Assembly (NCBI GenBank): GCA_963681965.1
Contig: OY820579.1
Coordinates: 768,001-832,000, forward strand
Origin: a bacterium
GTDB taxonomy: Bacteria; Electryoneota; JAOADG01
Direction: 5' to 3'
DNA: 64,000 nucleotides
Shown here piece after piece: positions 59,962 to 64,000 of the stretch (its first letter is position 1; the number at the start of each line of letters is the position of its first letter). The notes under the pieces were generated by a model. That model did not search any database and was not told the origin of the DNA. It saw nothing but the letters and a program-made list of their open reading frames with translations. A program made the position numbers and the translations under genes.

Positions 59962-61413
59962 ATGAAACATCTGTTTCGATCCGGATTTCTCATTGTGATG
60001 CTTGGATTCTGCTTACCTCGGGGATTTGCCGGAGTCATTTCTGGGACAATATCTGGTTCGCTATCGGTTGCGGACTCGCCTTTCTTTGTGGACGGTGATA
60101 TCACTGTTCCGAGTGGGATGCGGTTAACAATCGATCCCGGCGTCAGTCTTGTCATGGGTGGTTCGGGAACTCGGATCAATATTGACGGCGAGTTGAAAAG
60201 TCTCGGTACTGCCGAAAACCCAGTAGTATTTCACGGCGCGGTCGTCGGATGCGATACGTTACCGTGGGATGGTATCCGTTTTGTTAATTGTACAACCCCC
60301 GAAGAATTAAATTTCACTTACATCTTAAACGCAAATAATCCAATCTATTCTCAGAGTTCATCGCTATCCCTTTCTAACTGCGCCATTTTCGGTAAAATTT
60401 CCTGTATTTCACTAGAATCATCCACAATTAATATTGATAGTACTTATCTCGATCTCAGAACCAATCAGATTCAAGCCAACGGCATCGACGCTCGATTTTC
60501 CAAAGTAATTGCCCGTCACGACACGATGTATATTTCTGCAAGTGGTATCGATCAACAAGCGAATGGTATTAAGGCGATTGGCGGTTTTGTAAATTGCAAT
60601 AATTCTCGAATTACAGTTCAGGCACAGAATATAAATGGGTTGTGGTTTTCACAACTCGACTCCGCTCGAATCGCGTTCAATATTTTCCGATTGGGATTAG
60701 ATGCTCGACGCGCATCCAATTGCAACGGCATTTATATGACAATGGTCGGATCAACCATTCGAATTTACAACAATACGTTTGCAATGAGTTCGCTGTTCGG
60801 ATCTAATGGAGTATATACGATCGACAATCGCGGCTCGGATATTCGCAACAACATTTTTATCGGACAAGTTGCTGGTTCGGGAATCGGAAATGGCGCATAC
60901 GATCGTCGATTGAGCTTTGCCAATTGGGATTACAATTTGTTGTATCATTTCTCAATGAATTACACCAATGCCCCATCTGGTCAACATGATTTAACCGGGC
61001 TGGATCCAATGCTTGATCCGGTAACCCTGATTCCCTGTTTGGGTTCTCCGGTAATTAACGCCGGTGATCCGACGTTACCCCACGACCCGGATAATTCAAC
61101 TGCCGATATGGGTGCTGTTCCCTATATTTTTAGTTCGGTGCGCGATAATCCGGCAATTCCATCTGCAATCGGATTGACCGCGTATCCCAATCCCTTTAAT
61201 GGAAATATCCGATTCACCGTGCCGACGTCCGGAAAAGTCGAATGGCGCGTGGTTGACCGGCTTGGTCGTACGGTTTCAAGCGGTATTGGCACCGGTATCG
61301 GCGGTGAGTTTAGTACGCAATGGCATCCGCAAGGGTTGTCGTCGGGATGGTACAATCTGGAAATTAAAACTGAAAAAGGATTTGCGCGTCGGACCCTTTG
61401 TTATCTTCGATAG
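59962..61413 (+). CDS. Secreted right-handed beta-helix protein with C-terminal sorting domain
   Basis: SPF.V.GDITVP.G..LTIDPGV, IYNNTF, IRNNIF, SP.INAGDP...DPD.S.ADMGA, YPNPFN. Confidence 0.85.
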   Translation: MKHLFRSGFLIVMLGFCLPRGFAGVISGTISGSLSVADSPFFVDGDITVPSGMRLTIDPGVSLVMGGSGTRINIDGELKSLGTAENPVVFHGAVVGCDTLPWDGIRFVNCTTPEELNFTYILNANNPIYSQSSSLSLSNCAIFGKISCISLESSTINIDSTYLDLRTNQIQANGIDARFSKVIARHDTMYISASGIDQQANGIKAIGGFVNCNNSRITVQAQNINGLWFSQLDSARIAFNIFRLGLDARRASNCNGIYMTMVGSTIRIYNNTFAMSSLFGSNGVYTIDNRGSDIRNNIFIGQVAGSGIGNGAYDRRLSFANWDYNLLYHFSMNYTNAPSGQHDLTGLDPMLDPVTLIPCLGSPVINAGDPTLPHDPDNSTADMGAVPYIFSSVRDNPAIPSAIGLTAYPNPFNGNIRFTVPTSGKVEWRVVDRLGRTVSSGIGTGIGGEFSTQWHPQGLSSGWYNLEIKTEKGFARRTLCYLR

Positions 61414-61432
61414 CAGAGGCGTGATCGAGAAT

Positions 61433-61465
61433 AACGGGCGAGCCAATGGTTCGCCCGTTGTTTTT
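61433..61465 (+). terminator. Intrinsic terminator (REP-like hairpin)
   Basis: AACGGGCGAGCCA-A-TGGTTCGCCCGTT-GTTTTT. Confidence 0.75.
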
Positions 61466-61655
61466 AGGGGCTTCCGGAGTATTGTCCCAATACTTGATTT
61501 GGGCTCTTTGGGAGTGAGTTTCGGAATAATCGATCAGAGTTCAACTAGTGATCGGTGTCTTTTCAAATAAAGCTTTCCGGTGAGGTAATTTATCGATCAA
61601 TTCTAGTTGGAAAGCTTGTCAAGACGCGAGTTACATACTATCTTCAGTGGGTAAA

Positions 61656-62645
61656 ATGAAACACATCCTACTTGCTGCAATCTTTTTGCTGCTAGCCGCT
61701 GGCTGCGGCACCCTAAACCGCGACAATCCGAATGATCCCGGTAGCGACCGTTATTATCCTTATGGCAGCATTACTCTTGTCGCATTGAATCGTACCGGAA
61801 CACCGCTGGCTAATGTCCAAGTTAGAGTTGACAATATCTACAGTAAAACCGGAATCGACGGTAAAGCGACAATCGATAATATTCGATCCGGACGTCATTC
61901 AATTTCGATGTGGTCTGCGGTTTATGACACAATACAGGATACGAATGTAACTGTCGTTCCGGGTTCGACAACCGAATTGCGAAAACAGATGAATGGTATC
62001 CCGGTGTTCGATTCCGTTTTTGCCGTTAGCGAATTGCTCCCAAGCGGATCGCTTATTGAAACGAAAATGCATTTTTATGCGAAAGTGCACGACATTGACT
62101 ATTGGGATGTTCTACGAGTATGGCTGCAAGTCGCGAATTTCGACTATGAATTGACCTACTCATCGCGTGATTCTGCGTGGGTATATACTGCCGATACGCT
62201 TAATAATGGACAACTGGTGTATGATGTCGTCGGATTGCCGATGCGTTTTAAGGCGGTCGACAATCCATCCTCATCCTCGCAACTAACGCCGGCTATTTCC
62301 TATTCCAAGACGGTTTCGATTGCCCGGGTGTTCAATCAGCAACCGTATCTGCGGATTGCTCCGGAACCAATGTCACGGTACAATTTTCTGGTGGCTTGGA
62401 GCGATAGCCCGCGTAACAATTTTTCTTATACCATGCGCATCAAACTTTTTTCATTAAGTGATGTACTGTTAACCAATTATGTCTGGGTGCGTAGCAATAT
62501 TCCCTCGATGCCGGATTCGGTTGAATCGAATCTGACCAGCAGTTTCAATCACGGTAATTATTGGTTGGTGCTGGAAGAAGTGGATGCCTTTGGAAATTAT
62601 AGTTCTGCAGACAAAATCAAAGTATCGATTCTTGATAATAGATGA
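61656..62645 (+). CDS. Lipoprotein with carboxypeptidase-regulatory-like (prealbumin-fold) domain
   Basis: Lipobox AAGC; RDNPNDP; G.PL.NV.V...T..DG..TI..I..G pattern. Confidence 0.75.
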   Translation: MKHILLAAIFLLLAAGCGTLNRDNPNDPGSDRYYPYGSITLVALNRTGTPLANVQVRVDNIYSKTGIDGKATIDNIRSGRHSISMWSAVYDTIQDTNVTVVPGSTTELRKQMNGIPVFDSVFAVSELLPSGSLIETKMHFYAKVHDIDYWDVLRVWLQVANFDYELTYSSRDSAWVYTADTLNNGQLVYDVVGLPMRFKAVDNPSSSSQLTPAISYSKTVSIARVFNQQPYLRIAPEPMSRYNFLVAWSDSPRNNFSYTMRIKLFSLSDVLLTNYVWVRSNIPSMPDSVESNLTSSFNHGNYWLVLEEVDAFGNYSSADKIKVSILDNR

Positions 62646-64000
62646 TGAGCGATGACAATATGATGCCTACTTCTGTACCACCCGTTCCCGACAATCAACT
62701 AGCGTTGCGGAGTGACCAGTTAAATTCGCTGCTGGAAATCAGCACACTGCTGAATGGAATCCACGATTTAAATGTGCTATTACCGAAAATTATGGATATG
62801 GCACTCGCACCGATCCAAGCTGAACGCGGTTTGATTGTACTGAAAGAAGGTACCGAATTTCGCGTCGCAGTCGCACGGTCCGTGCACGACGACGAAGGGG
62901 ATTTACTCGAGTATTCTTCATCGATCGTACGACGCGCAATGTCCGGGGAGGGCGCGATTCTCACGCACGACGCGCAAATCGATCCCCGGTTCAGCGGAGC
63001 GCAATCGGTGATTATGCAGCGCGTAACATCGGTGCTTTGCGTTCCCTTGATCGTGAAAGACCAGGTGGAGGGGGCAATTTATCTGGACTCCCGCCAAAAT
63101 CGAACGAAATTCACTCCAGAATCACTCGATTTCTTAAAGATTTTTGCCAACATTGCTGCGATATCGGTGCAGAACGCTCGCTTGGTTCAGGGATTGTCGT
63201 TGGAAAATGTTCGACTGCAAAGCGAAGTCGAGCGCACATACGCATTCAGTGAAATTATCGGCAACCATCCTCGAATGATCGAAACCTTCAAATTGATGGA
63301 TAAAATCAAAGACAGTAATATCTCGGTATTGATCGAAGGGGAAAGTGGAACCGGTAAAGAACTTGTTGCACGCGCTTTGCACTATTCGTCGATTCGCCGC
63401 AACAAACCATTCGTTGCACAGTTCTGCGGAAATTTATCGGAGAATCTGCTCGAATCCGAATTGTTCGGTCACCGGAAAGGGTCGTTTACCGGCGCGATCG
63501 CCGATAAAAAAGGGTTGCTGGAAATAGCCGATGGCGGTACTTTCTTCCTGGATGAAATTGCCGATATCTCACCGACGATTCAAGCCAAACTATTGCGGGT
63601 GATTCAAGATGGAATCGTTCGTCGGGTCGGTGATGTTACCGAACGGAAAGTCGATGTCAGAATCGTATCGGCGACCAATCGGTCGCTGAAAAAAGAGGTC
63701 GAGAAGGGTGCTTTTCGCGAGGATTTGTATTACCGCTTGAATGTTGTTTACATGCGTTTGCCGGCACTTCGCGAGCGGCGATCGGATATTCCGTTGCTGG
63801 TTCATCATTTACTTAAAAAATTCGCAACGCATAATGGCGACGAAAAGCCCAAACAGATCACGTCCGATGCAATGAAGCAACTCCTCGATTACGATTGGCC
63901 CGGAAATATTCGCGAACTTGGCAACACGATCGAGCGGTCATACGTGCTTTCGTCGCCAACGACCATTCGTGCCGAAGATTTATCGTTACCGCAACGCTCG
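62642..64000 (+). CDS. GAF-domain sigma-54-dependent transcriptional activator (3'-truncated by the window edge)
   Basis: Translated by eye from ATG 62642: GAF (AERG, SVLCVPL), GESGTGKELVARALH, ESELFGH.KGSFTGA, FLDEI, FREDLYYRLNV, WPGNIREL; absent from the ORF track. Confidence 0.93.
   Translation, partial: MMSDDNMMPTSVPPVPDNQLALRSDQLNSLLEISTLLNGIHDLNVLLPKIMDMALAPIQAERGLIVLKEGTEFRVAVARSVHDDEGDLLEYSSSIVRRAMSGEGAILTHDAQIDPRFSGAQSVIMQRVTSVLCVPLIVKDQVEGAIYLDSRQNRTKFTPESLDFLKIFANIAAISVQNARLVQGLSLENVRLQSEVERTYAFSEIIGNHPRMIETFKLMDKIKDSNISVLIEGESGTGKELVARALHYSSIRRNKPFVAQFCGNLSENLLESELFGHRKGSFTGAIADKKGLLEIADGGTFFLDEIADISPTIQAKLLRVIQDGIVRRVGDVTERKVDVRIVSATNRSLKKEVEKGAFREDLYYRLNVVYMRLPALRERRSDIPLLVHHLLKKFATHNGDEKPKQITSDAMKQLLDYDWPGNIRELGNTIERSYVLSSPTTIRAEDLSLPQRS

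Overview
Bacterial chromosomal segment. Four secreted proteins end in YPNPFN-type C-terminal sorting domains and lptFG is present, which suggests a diderm of the FCB group (inference only). The window has two parts. Left, ~3.3-28.2 kb: an accessory region lying 3' of a minus-strand cluster of three different tRNA-Ser genes (28211-28738). It carries GNATs, DUF1801, DUF1003, HigBA, Fic, VOC, an MDR oxidoreductase, a polysaccharide deacetylase, a two-component cluster, an ECF pair and secreted proteins. Right, ~28.8-64 kb: largely core genes (lptFG, HU, EnvC-like, holB, metG, ECF/anti-sigma/HtrA-like/ClpX-like, hisC, malQ, Rrf2-sufCBD-Rieske-sufS, M6 protease, sigma-54 activator). Main observation: at least 7 degenerate direct copies of the tRNA-Ser(GGA) 3' end plus its terminator hairpin (consensus GGGYTTCAGGA-N5-TCCTGAAACCC) sit at gene-module boundaries from 9.1 to 26.2 kb. 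They divide the region into 1.2-7.3 kb units, and I recognise no integrase in the window. This looks like an integron-like, tRNA-anchored cassette array. All calls are by eye from sequence and motifs; no database searches were run.
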